A stretch of DNA of 24,000 nt from Candidatus Schmidhempelia bombi str. Bimp (GCF_000471645.3 NZ_AWGA01000024.1:1-24000), one strand, 5' to 3'. Shown: positions 1 to 11,581, counted from the first letter of the stretch. Notes: a model not told the origin generated them from the sequence alone. Numbers and translations: made by a program.

Positions 1-429
1 CCGCGCGCGATGCAAGTGGCGCTGGCTGCTTGGGACTGCTTTACGCGTGTTGGGCCAGCTGAAGGGGAGCGCGCGATTGCTCAAGCGATTGTTTATTTAG
101 CCTTGGCGCCCAAAAGTAATGCTGTCTATCTCGCTTTTAATCAAGCTTTGCAAGATGCTAAGCAATTACCTGATTATGATGTACCTGAACATTTACGAAA
201 TGCGCCAACGACATTAATGAAAGCGTTAGGCTATGGCTCACAATACCGTTACGCTCATAATGAGCCTAATGCTTATGCCGCAGGCGAAAATTACTTTCCA
301 CCAGAATTAGGTGATAAAAGCTATTATCAGCCAACCTCGCGTGGCGCAGAAAAACAGTATCGTGAAAAATTAGCTTGGCTAAAACAGTTAGATGCGCAAA
401 GTGCACAACAACGTAATAAAAAATCATAA
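1..429 (+). CDS. rarA: Replication-associated recombination protein A (RarA/MgsA), C-terminal part; the 5' end lies outside the window
   Basis: The reading frame is open from base 1. The C-terminal sequence ...[19 protein letters not shown]...[40 protein letters not shown]... matches the conserved RarA/MgsA C-terminal domain. It sits directly upstream of serS, as in E. coli. Confidence 0.9.
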   Translation, partial: PRAMQVALAAWDCFTRVGPAEGERAIAQAIVYLALAPKSNAVYLAFNQALQDAKQLPDYDVPEHLRNAPTTLMKALGYGSQYRYAHNEPNAYAAGENYFPPELGDKSYYQPTSRGAEKQYREKLAWLKQLDAQSAQQRNKKS

Positions 430-764
430 TACTATAATTATATTTTAATAAATATTAATTGGCACAGTGAACAGCAAGTGATTAATAGGAACTACGTTAA
501 TAGTTAGTTTAAGGTGGGTATTGGTGCAGATAAAAAAGAGAGCGATCTGCTCGAATATCTTCGATAAAGTGAGCCATTTTAGCTAAAATAAGAATAGAAA
601 TACCTTCGATGATTTTTATTCATATGGGATTAGTTACGCCATTTATTCTTTATTGGCACGCATAATAAGCAACAAATGTGTTAAAACGATGATTTAATTT
701 ACGTCAGACATGGATAATGTATAATATTTCTTATCTTTATTTTAATTAACTAATACGGGCATAA

Positions 765-2057
<1,293 letters not shown>

Positions 2058-2077
2058 ATAATTATTATATCTATAAG

Positions 2078-2109
2078 AAAACCGGAGCCCTGATGTGATC
2101 CGGTTTTTT
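2078..2109 (+). terminator. Rho-independent terminator downstream of serS
   Basis: Stem AAAACCGGA (2078-2086) pairs with TCCGGTTTT (2099-2107) around a 12-nt loop. A run of six T follows at 2104-2109, about 20 nt after the serS stop. Confidence 0.8.
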
Positions 2110-2302
2110 ATTATTTATTCCCAATATATTTACTATTTCGCTTAATATTTTATTATCTTAGCGCTCTAAGGTCAGGTTATAATAGCAATAATTCGACGGC
2201 ATATTAGTTTCATTATTTTTGGCTACTATCAGTAAGTAAGCTGAATGAGAAAATATTATCAAATAAACTAACTAATAGGGTCCTTATTTATCATTCCTTC
2301 GT

Positions 2303-3232
2303 GTGGTATATATGTTTAAAGGAATCTTACTTTCAATTTCAGCTTCTTGTCTATTTGGTCTTGTTTACTATTTCCCTGTATTATTAAAGCCACTTGATTT
2401 AATGAGTATTTTTTGTTGGCGTCTATTGATGTCTTTCCCTGCTATTGTTATTTTAATTACAGCAGAAAAGCGTTGGGATGCGATGGGTAATTTACTAAAA
2501 CGAATTAAAAAACAGCCACTTTTTATTCTTGCCATCTTATTTAGCGCGGCGATGTTATCGGTGCAAATGTTAATATTTATTTGGGCACCTTTAAATGGTA
2601 AGGCTTTATCGACATCATTAGGCTATTTTATCTTGCCATTAGCAATGGTTATTGCCGGTCGCTTTGTTTATAAAGAAAAGTTTAGTATTTATCAAAAGAT
2701 AGCCATTACATTAGCTATTATCGGTGTTATCTATGAAATATTTATGAATGGTGCATTTTCATGGGAAACGATCGTTGTGGCAGTGGGATATCCGATCTAT
2801 CTCATATTTAGACGTGAAATGCGTTTAGATGGGATTGAAGGAACGTTTAGTGATTTTTTTTGTATGGCCATTGGCTGTGCCATTTATATGTGTTGTCGAT
2901 ATACGCCTACCGAAATTTCAACCCAATTCTTTTATCATCCGCTTGCCATTCCTATGCTAGGGATGATTACCGCATTAGCCTTTGCCGCCTATTTTACTTC
3001 TGCGAAATGTTTACCATTAGGTTTATTTGGTTTACTTGGTTATATTGAACCAGTGTTATTGGTATTGGTCTCTCTTTTGCTTCTACACGAAAAATTATTA
3101 GCAGAGCATATATTGACTTATGTCATGATTTGGGGTGCCGTTTGCTTATTAATTCTAGAAGGTGTTGTTCATGTTATACGTAGCATTCGTCGAAGAAAAT
3201 ATATCGCAGAGATTACGTCTAAAATTGATTAA
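2303..3232 (+). CDS. rarD: RarD/EamA-family (DMT superfamily) membrane transporter
   Basis: Polytopic hydrophobic protein of about 300 aa. It has RarD-like blocks (IFIWAPLNGKALSTSLGYFILPL versus E. coli LFIWAVNNHHMLEASLGYFINPL, and a YIEPVLLVL-type second repeat). The track start is GTG at 2303; ATG at 2312 (MFKGILL...) is an equally plausible start. Confidence 0.8.
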   Translation: MVYMFKGILLSISASCLFGLVYYFPVLLKPLDLMSIFCWRLLMSFPAIVILITAEKRWDAMGNLLKRIKKQPLFILAILFSAAMLSVQMLIFIWAPLNGKALSTSLGYFILPLAMVIAGRFVYKEKFSIYQKIAITLAIIGVIYEIFMNGAFSWETIVVAVGYPIYLIFRREMRLDGIEGTFSDFFCMAIGCAIYMCCRYTPTEISTQFFYHPLAIPMLGMITALAFAAYFTSAKCLPLGLFGLLGYIEPVLLVLVSLLLLHEKLLAEHILTYVMIWGAVCLLILEGVVHVIRSIRRRKYIAEITSKID

Positions 3233-3272
3233 TTCAAATCGATTTAAATTGATAGGATAAACTTATATTGAG

Positions 3273-3312
3273 ATCAATACCTAGCACAATATGATTGTTT
3301 TTAGGTATTGAT
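3273..3312. terminator. Long hairpin between convergent rarD and pflA; probable bidirectional terminator or transcript-end stabiliser
   Basis: An 11-bp perfect outer stem, ATCAATACCTA (3273-3283) with TAGGTATTGAT (3302-3312), plus an inner 5-bp stem ACAAT/ATTGT. There is a T-run inside the 3' side on the plus strand. No strong U-tract follows on the minus strand. Confidence 0.5.
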
Positions 3313-3332
3313 AATCGGTGCCATTTTGCTTA

Positions 3333-4082
3333 TTAAGACGTGACGACTAAACCGTAATTGGTGAGGATCGCTTTAATATGCTCAATCGTTTCTTTTGATG
3401 GAGGCTCTACGCCCACTAATTCATATTTTTCGCCCATTGTGACCCATTTATGCTCGCCTAATTTATGATAAGGAAGTAACTCTACTTTCTCTACATTGTT
3501 CATATCTTTAAGGAAACGACCTAAGCGGTGCACCGAATCATCATCATCACTCCATCCAGGTACCACAACATAACGGATCCAAGTACGTTGATTACGTTGT
3601 TGTAGATAGTGTGCAAATTCTAATACACGAGAATTGGATACTCCGACTAATTTTTGGTGTATTTCATCATTCATCTGCTTAATATCTAGCATCACCAAAT
3701 CAGTGGTATCGATTAAATCATGGATATCTTGATTGTAAACGCGTACATAGCCATTGGTATCTAAACAAGTATGAATCCCCTGATTATGACATTCTCTAAA
3801 CCATTGTTTGATAAAAGGCGCTTGCAAAATTGCTTCACCACCAGAGGCCGTCACGCCGCCCGTAGGCATAATAAAATGTTTGTAAGTTACGAGTTCTTTC
3901 ATTAAATCATCGACCGTGACCTCAGTGCCACCTTTTAGATCCCACGTGTCGCGGTTATGGCAATATAGACAACGCATCATACACCCTTGAAAGAAAACAA
4001 TAAATCGAATTCCAGGACCATCAACGGTACCAAAAGATTCAAATGAGTGGATACGTCCTTTGACTGCTTCTTGTGCTGACAT
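3333..4082 (-). CDS. pflA: Pyruvate formate-lyase activating enzyme (radical SAM)
   Basis: [39 protein letters not shown] contains the CxxxCxxC cluster motif and is near-identical to E. coli PflA. I place the start at ATG 4082 ([16 protein letters not shown], matching the E. coli N-terminus [12 protein letters not shown]), with GGAG 9 nt upstream. I prefer this to the track's TTG at 4097. Confidence 0.95.
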   Translation of the reverse strand: MSAQEAVKGRIHSFESFGTVDGPGIRFIVFFQGCMMRCLYCHNRDTWDLKGGTEVTVDDLMKELVTYKHFIMPTGGVTASGGEAILQAPFIKQWFRECHNQGIHTCLDTNGYVRVYNQDIHDLIDTTDLVMLDIKQMNDEIHQKLVGVSNSRVLEFAHYLQQRNQRTWIRYVVVPGWSDDDDSVHRLGRFLKDMNNVEKVELLPYHKLGEHKWVTMGEKYELVGVEPPSKETIEHIKAILTNYGLVVTS

Positions 4083-4457
4083 TAACTGTTGCTCCAATGT
4101 AAGTTTGCCATACTATTCTATCTTAATTAAGGATTTTTTTCATCCAATGATTGATTAAATAGGCATATTTAACCTCATCAATATAATTAAAAACCTAATG
4201 TTAATCATAACGTTATTCTAATAATTGTTAAATGTATTATTTGATAGCATTATCATTCTAAATGAAAAAATTTTTATTAAAAACAGTGATCATTTAAAAG
4301 CGATAGAAGCAAATCATTTTTACATTTTAATAGAGAGATATCAGGTAAAAAATGATGGGTCAGTTTAAATCAAATCTCTGTTTGGAGCATCAATAGCCAT
4401 TTTATTGTCGTTTATGATTTTGCGACAGATCATCAACATCAATCACCATTCATTTAA

Positions 4458-4489
4458 ATAAAAAAATAGCGCCAAGCGGCGCTATTTTT
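4458..4489 (-). terminator. Rho-independent terminator after pflB (hairpin is symmetric, so possibly bidirectional)
   Basis: GC-rich stem ATAGCGCC (4466-4473) pairs with GGCGCTAT (4478-4485) around a 4-nt loop. The flanking A-run at 4460-4466 gives seven U on the minus-strand transcript. It lies 16 nt downstream of the pflB stop. Confidence 0.85.
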
Positions 4490-4504
4490 ATCAATCAACA
4501 GTTA

Positions 4505-6787
4505 TTACATTGATTGAGTAAACGTCCGAGTAATGACGTCTTTTTGTTGCTCTTTAGTTAAAGAGTTAAAACGTACGGCATAACCAGAAACACGAATAGT
4601 TAATTGTGGATACTTTTCAGGATTTTCCATTGCATCTAATAATGTTTCACGATTTAATACGTTAACATTAAGGTGCTGACCACCTTCAACTGTCGCTTCA
4701 TGATGGAAATAACCGTCCATTAGACCTGCAAGGTTAGCTTTACGGACATTATCATCTTTACCTAGCGCATTTGGTACGATAGAGAAAGTATAAGAAATAC
4801 CGTCTTTAGCATAAGCAAATGGTAGTTTAGCAACAGATGTCAATGACGCTACCGCTCCTTTTTGGTCACGACCATGCATTGGGTTTGCGCCTGGTCCAAA
4901 TGGTGCACCAGCACGACGACCATCTGGGGTGTTACCTGTTTTCTTACCATAGACTACGTTTGAGGTAATGGTTAACACAGATTGAGTTGGGATTGCATTG
5001 CGATAAGTTTTAAGTTTTTGAATTTTCTTCATAAAACGTTCAACCAAATCAACAGCAATGTCATCAACACGCGCATCATTGTTACCGAATTGTGGATAAT
5101 CGCCTTCGATTTCAAAATCAACCGCTAAGCCATCTTCATCACGAATCGTTTTCACTTTTGCATATTTAATGGCAGAAAGTGAGTCAGCTGCAACTGAAAG
5201 ACCAGCGATACCACATGCCATAGTACGGATAATATCGCGATCATGTAATGCCATTAATGACGCTTCATAGCTATATTTGTCATGCATATAGTGGATAGCA
5301 TTTAATGCAGTAACATATTGTTTTGCTAACCAATCCATGAACTGATCTAAACGAGTAAAGACGGTATCAAAATCTAAGTACTCATCCATAATCGGTGCTG
5401 TTTTTGGACCTACTTGCATTTTCAGTTTTTCGTCTACACCACCATTGATTGCATACAATAATGTTTTTGCTAGGTTAGCACGTGCACCAAAGAATTGCAT
5501 TTGTTTACCTACAATCATCGGGCTTACACAACATGCGATAGCATAATCGTCATTGTTGAAGTCAGGGCGCATTAAGTCATCATTTTCGTACTGTAATGAT
5601 GAGGTATCGATAGATACTTTAGCCGCATACTCTTTAAATGCAGTTGGTAATTTTTCAGACCAAAGAATTGTCATATTTGGTTCTGGAGAAGGTCCCATTG
5701 TATAAAGTGTATTTAAGAAACGGAACGTCGTTTTAGTGACTAACGTACGTCCATCTACACCCATACCTGCTAAGGATTCGGTTGCCCAAATTGGGTCACC
5801 AGAGAATAATTCATCATATTCTGGGGTACGTAAGAAACGAACCATACGTAATTTCATGACGAAGTGGTCAACAATTTCTTGTGCTTCAGTTTCAGTAATC
5901 ACACCTGCTTTGATATCACGTTCGAAATAAATATCAAAGAATGTTGAAGTACGACCTAAAGACATCGCCGCACCATTTTGTGATTTTACTGCTGCTAAAT
6001 AACCAAAGTAAGTCCACTGTACCGCTTCTTGTGCTGTTGTTGCTGGACCTGAAATGTCAAAGCCATATTTAGCTGCCATTTCTTTAATTTGTCCTAAAGC
6101 ACGATGTTGTTCTGCAATTTCTTCACGACGTTGCATTGTCATCTGTAAATCAACACCATTTTCAAAATCTTCTTGTAAAGAGTTGAATTGGGCAAATTTA
6201 TCTTTCATTAAGTAATCGATACCATAAAGGGCAACACGACGGTAGTCACCAATGATACGACCACGACCATAAGCATCAGGTAAACCTGTGATGACACCTG
6301 ATTTACGGCAACGAAGGATATCTGGTGTGTAGATATCAAATACACCTTGGTTATGAGTTTTACGATAATCGGTAAAGATTTTTTTAACTAAAGGATCAAG
6401 TTCACGGCTATAAGCTTTGCATGAATTCTCGATCATTTTGATACCACCAAAAGGGATAATCGCTCTTTTTAATGGTTTTTCAGTTTGTAAACCAACAATT
6501 TTTTCTAAATCTTTTTCAATATAACCCGCATCATGAGCAGTAATAGTTGAAATAACACTTGTATCAAAATCAACAGGCGCATGGGTAGCATTTTCAATTT
6601 TAATGCCTTCCATGACTTTATCCCATAATTTTGTGGTCGCTTCAGTTGCACCAGCTAAAAAAGACTCATCGCCTTCATATGGAGCATAGTTTTTTTGAAT
6701 GAAGTCACGCACATTGACATTTTGCTGCCAATCGCCATCTTTAAAGCCTTTCCAAGCTAATGCTTGTTGTTCGTTTAGATTACTCAT
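4505..6787 (-). CDS. pflB: Formate C-acetyltransferase (pyruvate formate-lyase, glycyl-radical enzyme)
   Basis: 760 aa, the same length as E. coli PflB. It has the glycyl-radical motif RVSGYAV near the C-terminus and the active-site Cys-Cys in [13 protein letters not shown] lies 7 nt upstream of the ATG. Confidence 0.98.
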   Translation of the reverse strand: MSNLNEQQALAWKGFKDGDWQQNVNVRDFIQKNYAPYEGDESFLAGATEATTKLWDKVMEGIKIENATHAPVDFDTSVISTITAHDAGYIEKDLEKIVGLQTEKPLKRAIIPFGGIKMIENSCKAYSRELDPLVKKIFTDYRKTHNQGVFDIYTPDILRCRKSGVITGLPDAYGRGRIIGDYRRVALYGIDYLMKDKFAQFNSLQEDFENGVDLQMTMQRREEIAEQHRALGQIKEMAAKYGFDISGPATTAQEAVQWTYFGYLAAVKSQNGAAMSLGRTSTFFDIYFERDIKAGVITETEAQEIVDHFVMKLRMVRFLRTPEYDELFSGDPIWATESLAGMGVDGRTLVTKTTFRFLNTLYTMGPSPEPNMTILWSEKLPTAFKEYAAKVSIDTSSLQYENDDLMRPDFNNDDYAIACCVSPMIVGKQMQFFGARANLAKTLLYAINGGVDEKLKMQVGPKTAPIMDEYLDFDTVFTRLDQFMDWLAKQYVTALNAIHYMHDKYSYEASLMALHDRDIIRTMACGIAGLSVAADSLSAIKYAKVKTIRDEDGLAVDFEIEGDYPQFGNNDARVDDIAVDLVERFMKKIQKLKTYRNAIPTQSVLTITSNVVYGKKTGNTPDGRRAGAPFGPGANPMHGRDQKGAVASLTSVAKLPFAYAKDGISYTFSIVPNALGKDDNVRKANLAGLMDGYFHHEATVEGGQHLNVNVLNRETLLDAMENPEKYPQLTIRVSGYAVRFNSLTKEQQKDVITRTFTQSM

Positions 6788-6861
6788 ATTTGTTACCTCA
6801 GATTTATGATATTTTTAGTCATCTACATCTATATTTCTATATAACAGTAGATTCCTAGAAA

Positions 6862-7710
6862 TCAATGGCTCTTACGTAGGTATAGTCCCCAATAGGTCAT
6901 ACCAACGATGAGTCCTCCAATAATATTACCAATTGTGACAGGAATAAGATTGTTGAAAATAAAATGTGAAACAGTAAGGGAGTTAAAAGTGTCTGCTGGG
7001 AGACCGATCATTCCCCAAAATTCAGGTGTGGCAAACTGATGGATAATAATTCCCATCGGTATCATAAACATATTGGCAATACTATGTTCAAAACCACTAG
7101 CAACAAACATTGCTACGGGTAAAATCATAACCAGCATTTTATCTAATAGGCTACGTCCAGCATAACTTAACCAAGCGGCTAAACAGACCATTAAATTGGC
7201 TAAAATACCTAAACAAACCGCTTCAATAAATGTATGATGCACTTTATGATCTGCGGTATTTAACACATTTAATCCCCATTGACCATTAGCGACCAGATAT
7301 TGTCCAGAGAACCACATCAACGCAATAAATAACATTGCGCCGATAAAATTACCAATATAAACGAATAACCAATTTCTTAACATCTGTAACCAAGTAATTT
7401 TCTTGGTGGCTTTAGGGATCGCCGTTAATATGGTTGACGTAAATAGATCAGCACCACAGGCAACAACTAACATTAAACCTAAAGAAAAACAGATTCCACC
7501 AACCAGTTTTCCTAATCCATAGGCGACATTGGCTGTTCCTGTTGTTACAGTGATATAGAAAACAAAGGCAATTGAAATAAAAACACCAGCGGTAATAGCT
7601 GAAAAGATAGTTGATAGTGGACGCTTGCCTACTTTGTAAATGGCTAAGTCTTCTGCAACTTTAGTCATTTGAGCTGGCGATAACGCATCTACAAATTTAT
7701 CAGTATTCAA
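6862..7710 (-). CDS. focA: Formate channel FocA (FNT family)
   Basis: 282 aa. The blocks GGICFSLGL...CGADLFTS and FVASGFEHSIANMFMIPMG are near-identical to E. coli FocA. The start codon is TTG at 7710. The N-terminal length matches E. coli, with the internal Met at position 15 in both. GAGAG lies 7 nt upstream. Confidence 0.93.
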   Translation of the reverse strand: MNTDKFVDALSPAQMTKVAEDLAIYKVGKRPLSTIFSAITAGVFISIAFVFYITVTTGTANVAYGLGKLVGGICFSLGLMLVVACGADLFTSTILTAIPKATKKITWLQMLRNWLFVYIGNFIGAMLFIALMWFSGQYLVANGQWGLNVLNTADHKVHHTFIEAVCLGILANLMVCLAAWLSYAGRSLLDKMLVMILPVAMFVASGFEHSIANMFMIPMGIIIHQFATPEFWGMIGLPADTFNSLTVSHFIFNNLIPVTIGNIIGGLIVGMTYWGLYLRKSH

Positions 7711-7736
7711 ACTAACACTCTCGAAAAAACATAAAT

Positions 7737-7778
7737 ATTATAGGGTTATTAGTATACTCAAAATTTGAACTAGATCAT
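7737..7778 (-). promoter_or_regulatory. Class II FNR-type promoter for focA-pflB
   Basis: On the minus strand, ATGAT-CTAG-TTCAA (7778-7765) matches 8/10 positions of TTGAT-N4-ATCAA, with the key G and C retained. Exactly 22 nt later comes TATAAT (7742-7737). This places the site centre at about -41.5 relative to a start near 7730. Confidence 0.6.
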
Positions 7779-8000
7779 CTTTTTTTGTAAAAAAATAATT
7801 AATTTTACAAAATGTTGCCATTTTAAATAGAGTAATCCAACAAATTATGTATATAACATAATAAGTTATAGTAAATGACCTCCGATTGAATGTAGCACAA
7901 AAAGTTCATAACGTACGACTTAATAGCACGATATTTAATTTTATTTTTTTAACGGAATGAATTATCAAAAGATAAGGGGTGATATTGAATATAGTGGCTA

Positions 8001-8050
8001 AGCTTAAAATAAAGTAGGCAAAGTAGAGTATTTATCACACCTACTTTGCC
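8001..8050 (-). terminator. Probable terminator after ycaO
   Basis: A perfect 10-bp inverted repeat, GGCAAAGTAG (8017-8026) with CTACTTTGCC (8041-8050), around a 14-nt loop. It begins 7 nt after the ycaO stop and is followed on the minus strand by TACTTTATTTT. Confidence 0.55.
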
Positions 8051-8057
8051 GCAAAGA

Positions 8058-9809
8058 TTAAGCGTTTTCTAAACTTGCATGTAATTTATGATAGACCTTT
8101 AATAGCGATTGATGTGCAGGTAGGGCAGTTAAATCCTCATCAATGGCAAATAAGTCATAAAACCGGCGTTCACCTAAGGTAATTTGCCATAATGTATCGA
8201 CATATTCTTTCCCGTACATCTTATTGAATGCTGATTGGTAATCAATAAATTGATCAAGATCTCTGGTTAAGGCAAAATTAACTAAGGTCTGTAAACAACG
8301 ATAAGCATGCATTCGTTCAGGACTAAAAATAGAGGCGTTGAACTCAATCGTCCATTCAATCCAAGATAATGCTTGTTCTAAATCCCCACCCGCTAAGGCT
8401 AACATGGCTTTTAATTCACCAATACGTAAGGTATACCACGCATTATCCATACCTGTTGCTAATCCGAGTAACTCTCTAACTCTGGCAAAATCATCTAGGT
8501 CTTCTTCATCTAATTTTTCAATTAACTCTAGATATTGCTGTTGTGTTAATGAAGAATTCGGTAAATTTAAAATAGTCTCACGCCAATCAATAGCCATATT
8601 ATTATTTGCAATAAGTAAATCTTCGGGTGGATAAATTTCTGACATACCTACCGCGATAATACGGCATACATAGACGCCAAGATGTTGATAATCCATGATT
8701 AACGTTTCTATCTGTTGATTAGCCAATATTTGCATTAAATTGGTGTATTCTTGCTCAGTGGTGCCACTGAAGTCCCAATCAACAAAGGCGTAGTCAGCAT
8801 TACGGTTAAATAAATCCCATGAAATCAGACCACTCGAATCAATAAAATGCGTTTCTAAATTAGTTAAGTCTGCAACATCATCGTTATCAAAACTTGGTGG
8901 TGAAAAAACATCTAAATCGTTAAGGCTTCGACCTTGTAATAGTTCGGTCACGGTGCGTTCTAATGCAACTTCAAAACGCGGGTGTGCACCAAATGACGCA
9001 AAGCAAGTGCCGTTAACGGGATTAAATAACACTACACAAATGACAGGATAAACCCCACCTAATGAAGCGTCATAACAGAAGATAGGAAAACCTTGTTGCT
9101 CAAGCGTGGTAATAGATTCTTGCACGCTGGGATAACGTTGTAATACCGTTTGTGGGATTTCAGGTAGACTAATCGCCTCAGCAATAATTTTATTTTTAAC
9201 ATAACGCTCAAAGATTTCGGATAATCCTTGAACACGTGCTTCATATTTGGAGTTACCCGCAGCCATACCGTTCGAGGCATAAAGATTAGCAATCAAGTTA
9301 ACAGGGACATAAACAGTTTGTTGAGTTGATTGTTGGATAAATGGCAAAGCACAAACACCGCGCTGAGTATTACTTGATTGTAAATCAACTAAATTAGAAC
9401 CTGTTAATTCGCGATCAGGATCATAGAAATCTAATAATTGTTCATTTAGCAAACCATTAGGTAGATGATCTTCACTATCAATAGCAAACCATTTTTCATT
9501 GGGATAATGAACGAACTCACCTTGTGCAGCATGCTTACCAAGATAAAAATCAGAGAAAAAATAATTGGTTGATAAGCGTTCAAAATATTCACCAAGCGCC
9601 GAGGCTAAGGCGGCTTTTTGGGTCGCCCCTTTACCATTAGTAAAACAAGATGGACAGGCTTTATTTTGAATATGAACAGACCAGACATTCGGAACAGGAT
9701 TGAGCCACGATGCTTCTTTTATTTCTAAATTATAGTGCTCAAGTTGTTGTTGAAAATAATTGATCGAATCCTCAAGGGCAGCATCTTTGCCAGGAATATA
9801 CGTTTTCAT
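8058..9809 (-). CDS. ycaO: YcaO protein (standalone housekeeping type; accessory factor for ribosomal protein S12 beta-methylthiolation)
   Basis: 583 aa versus 586 aa in E. coli. The N-terminus IPGKDAALEDSI...EASWLNPVPNVWSVHI...CFTNGKGATQKAALASALGEYFERLSTNYFF is nearly identical to E. coli YcaO. The position next to focA is conserved. Confidence 0.93.
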   Translation of the reverse strand: MKTYIPGKDAALEDSINYFQQQLEHYNLEIKEASWLNPVPNVWSVHIQNKACPSCFTNGKGATQKAALASALGEYFERLSTNYFFSDFYLGKHAAQGEFVHYPNEKWFAIDSEDHLPNGLLNEQLLDFYDPDRELTGSNLVDLQSSNTQRGVCALPFIQQSTQQTVYVPVNLIANLYASNGMAAGNSKYEARVQGLSEIFERYVKNKIIAEAISLPEIPQTVLQRYPSVQESITTLEQQGFPIFCYDASLGGVYPVICVVLFNPVNGTCFASFGAHPRFEVALERTVTELLQGRSLNDLDVFSPPSFDNDDVADLTNLETHFIDSSGLISWDLFNRNADYAFVDWDFSGTTEQEYTNLMQILANQQIETLIMDYQHLGVYVCRIIAVGMSEIYPPEDLLIANNNMAIDWRETILNLPNSSLTQQQYLELIEKLDEEDLDDFARVRELLGLATGMDNAWYTLRIGELKAMLALAGGDLEQALSWIEWTIEFNASIFSPERMHAYRCLQTLVNFALTRDLDQFIDYQSAFNKMYGKEYVDTLWQITLGERRFYDLFAIDEDLTALPAHQSLLKVYHKLHASLENA

Positions 9810-10209
9810 GAAAATCTCTTTTTTGCTAAAAAATAATTATAGGTAAAATAAGGCGTTATTTTAACGTGTTATCATTTACCTGACTAATAATAAGTTAACT
9901 ATTTTTAGTATTATTATCTTGGTAAAACTGAAAAGCGAAAGAAATAGTGGTAGCTTGACAGACATAGTAATTAAACTTAAAACATTTTCTAGATATATCT
10001 TCGGCGCAATCAATTCGTGAGTTAAGTGACGATTAAGCAATATGATTATTATTGAATCGTTGCTATATGGTTTTTATCATCTTTAGACGTAAGCCTAAGG
10101 TTGGTTGTCATTTAAAAATGGCAGATGAAATATGTCGTATTGAGAATGCATTGCTTAAACGCGTCGCATTGTAAACTCAGACTAAACAAAAATAATAATG
10201 ACATTAAAT

Positions 10210-10240
10210 AACCTAAAACAGCATTAATCTGTTTTAGGTT
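10210..10240 (-). terminator. Hairpin overlapping the yadS stop codon; probable terminator of the mtnN-yadS unit
   Basis: A 12-bp perfect stem, AACCTAAAACAG (10210-10221) with CTGTTTTAGGTT (10229-10240). The stop codon lies in the 7-nt loop. A T-rich tract follows on the minus strand (ATTTAATGTCATTATTATTTTTG). Confidence 0.5.
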
Positions 10241-10874
10241 GCTTTATGGGAACCGATTTTTTAGCACTGACGATAGGTAACTTCAAATGCAAAAATATGG
10301 CCATTAAGCGAATTGATAATGTCACTACAATACCCAATAGCGTTGCGATTTCTAAATTAAACAATAAAATTTTATGGCTTATTACGTGGCACATACCGCC
10401 GATAATACAGGCTGTTGCATAGATATCAACGCGAAATACCATTGGGATTTCACGCGCTAATACATCGCGAATAATTCCGCCACCAACGCCCGTTAATACG
10501 CCCATACAGACAGCAATCAGTTCATTTGCATCACTGTTCAAGGTTTTATTAACACCAATACCCACAAACACAGCAAGCCCGATGGCGTCTAAAATTGACA
10601 ATGAGTATCGTGGATAATTAAATGAGGTAAAACGGATAAATAGAATGGATAAACAGGAAAAAACCAGTGCTATAACCAAATCTGTTGAGTCGGCGATCCA
10701 AAAAATAGGGCCATTATTTAGTATGATATCACGTATAGTACCACCACCAATGGCGGTAATGACACCTAGTACCAACGCACCGATGGGATCCATTTGGGTA
10801 CGAACGGCGAGTAATACGCCAGAGATAGCAAAAACCGCTGTACCTAAAATATCAAGCCAAAATAGATAACTCAT
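10224..10874 (-). CDS. yadS: UPF0126/TRIC-family inner membrane protein (YadS-like)
   Basis: A seven-helix-like hydrophobic protein with the duplicated family hallmark GGGTIRDIIL and GGGIIRDVLA. It lies 14 bp downstream of mtnN. In E. coli, mtn and yadS share a locus. Confidence 0.85.
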   Translation of the reverse strand: MSYLFWLDILGTAVFAISGVLLAVRTQMDPIGALVLGVITAIGGGTIRDIILNNGPIFWIADSTDLVIALVFSCLSILFIRFTSFNYPRYSLSILDAIGLAVFVGIGVNKTLNSDANELIAVCMGVLTGVGGGIIRDVLAREIPMVFRVDIYATACIIGGMCHVISHKILLFNLEIATLLGIVVTLSIRLMAIFLHLKLPIVSAKKSVPIKQPKTD

Positions 10875-10888
10875 TTTTACTTATGCCA

Positions 10889-11581
10889 TCAATTAAAATG
10901 TTCTAGCATCGTTTCTACAACTAGCGAAGATTGTTTGGCTGCGATAGGTAAAAACTCTTCGAAACTCATGGCTGATTTCTTATCAGCGACATCGGACACC
11001 GCACGAACAACAACAAAAGGCAGACCAAACAACCAACAAACATGACCGATCGCCGCAGCTTCCATTTCAACCGCTATAGCATCAGGGAAGTTATGGCGAA
11101 TTTCATTAAGGAGTTTGTCACCATTAATAAATGCGTCACCGCTACAAATTAATCCAGTTACCGCATTAAGCTGATGATGTTTAATACTTTCTAACGCTAA
11201 TTGCTGAAGCTGTTTATCTGCTGGGAAGGTAACAGGACATCCAGCCATTTGTCCCATTTTATAGCCAAAAGGTGTTAAATTTGCATCATGATAAGCAACA
11301 TTACTGGATACTAATATATCCCCAATGTTTAGATTACTATGTAAACCACCCGCAGAACCCGTATTAATTACCATATCAACGTGATATTTACTTAATAATA
11401 ATGTGGCACCGGTTGCAGCTGCCACTTTACCAATGCCTGATTTAAGTAAGATAACATCTTGACCCCCTAATTGGCCTGAATAAAATTCAAAATCATAGTG
11501 GTTATCGGTTTGACAATTAATAATTTTACTACGTAGGATTTGGACTTCTTCTTCCATTGCGGCAATAATAGCAATTTTCAT
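10889..11581 (-). CDS. mtnN: 5'-methylthioadenosine/S-adenosylhomocysteine nucleosidase
   Basis: 230 aa. [42 protein letters not shown] and [21 protein letters not shown] align closely with E. coli Mtn/Pfs. Confidence 0.96.
   Translation of the reverse strand: MKIAIIAAMEEEVQILRSKIINCQTDNHYDFEFYSGQLGGQDVILLKSGIGKVAAATGATLLLSKYHVDMVINTGSAGGLHSNLNIGDILVSSNVAYHDANLTPFGYKMGQMAGCPVTFPADKQLQQLALESIKHHQLNAVTGLICSGDAFINGDKLLNEIRHNFPDAIAVEMEAAAIGHVCWLFGLPFVVVRAVSDVADKKSAMSFEEFLPIAAKQSSLVVETMLEHFN

Noticed and set aside
4083-4097. TTG start at 4097 for pflA (five extra residues, MEQQL)
   Set aside because: ATG 4082 reproduces the E. coli PflA N-terminal length. In addition, GGAG would lie inside the extended ORF, exactly at Shine-Dalgarno distance from ATG 4082.
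3333-9809. YcaO protein near a radical SAM enzyme (PflA) and a large enzyme, which superficially resembles a RiPP or thioamidation gene cluster
   Set aside because: Each gene is a full-length, near-identical-length ortholog of the E. coli housekeeping locus pflA-pflB-focA-ycaO. PflB carries the RVSGYAV glycyl-radical motif and the CC active site, and PflA is its dedicated activase. This YcaO is the standalone 583-aa E. coli type. There is no precursor peptide, partner E1-like or dehydrogenase gene, or transporter.
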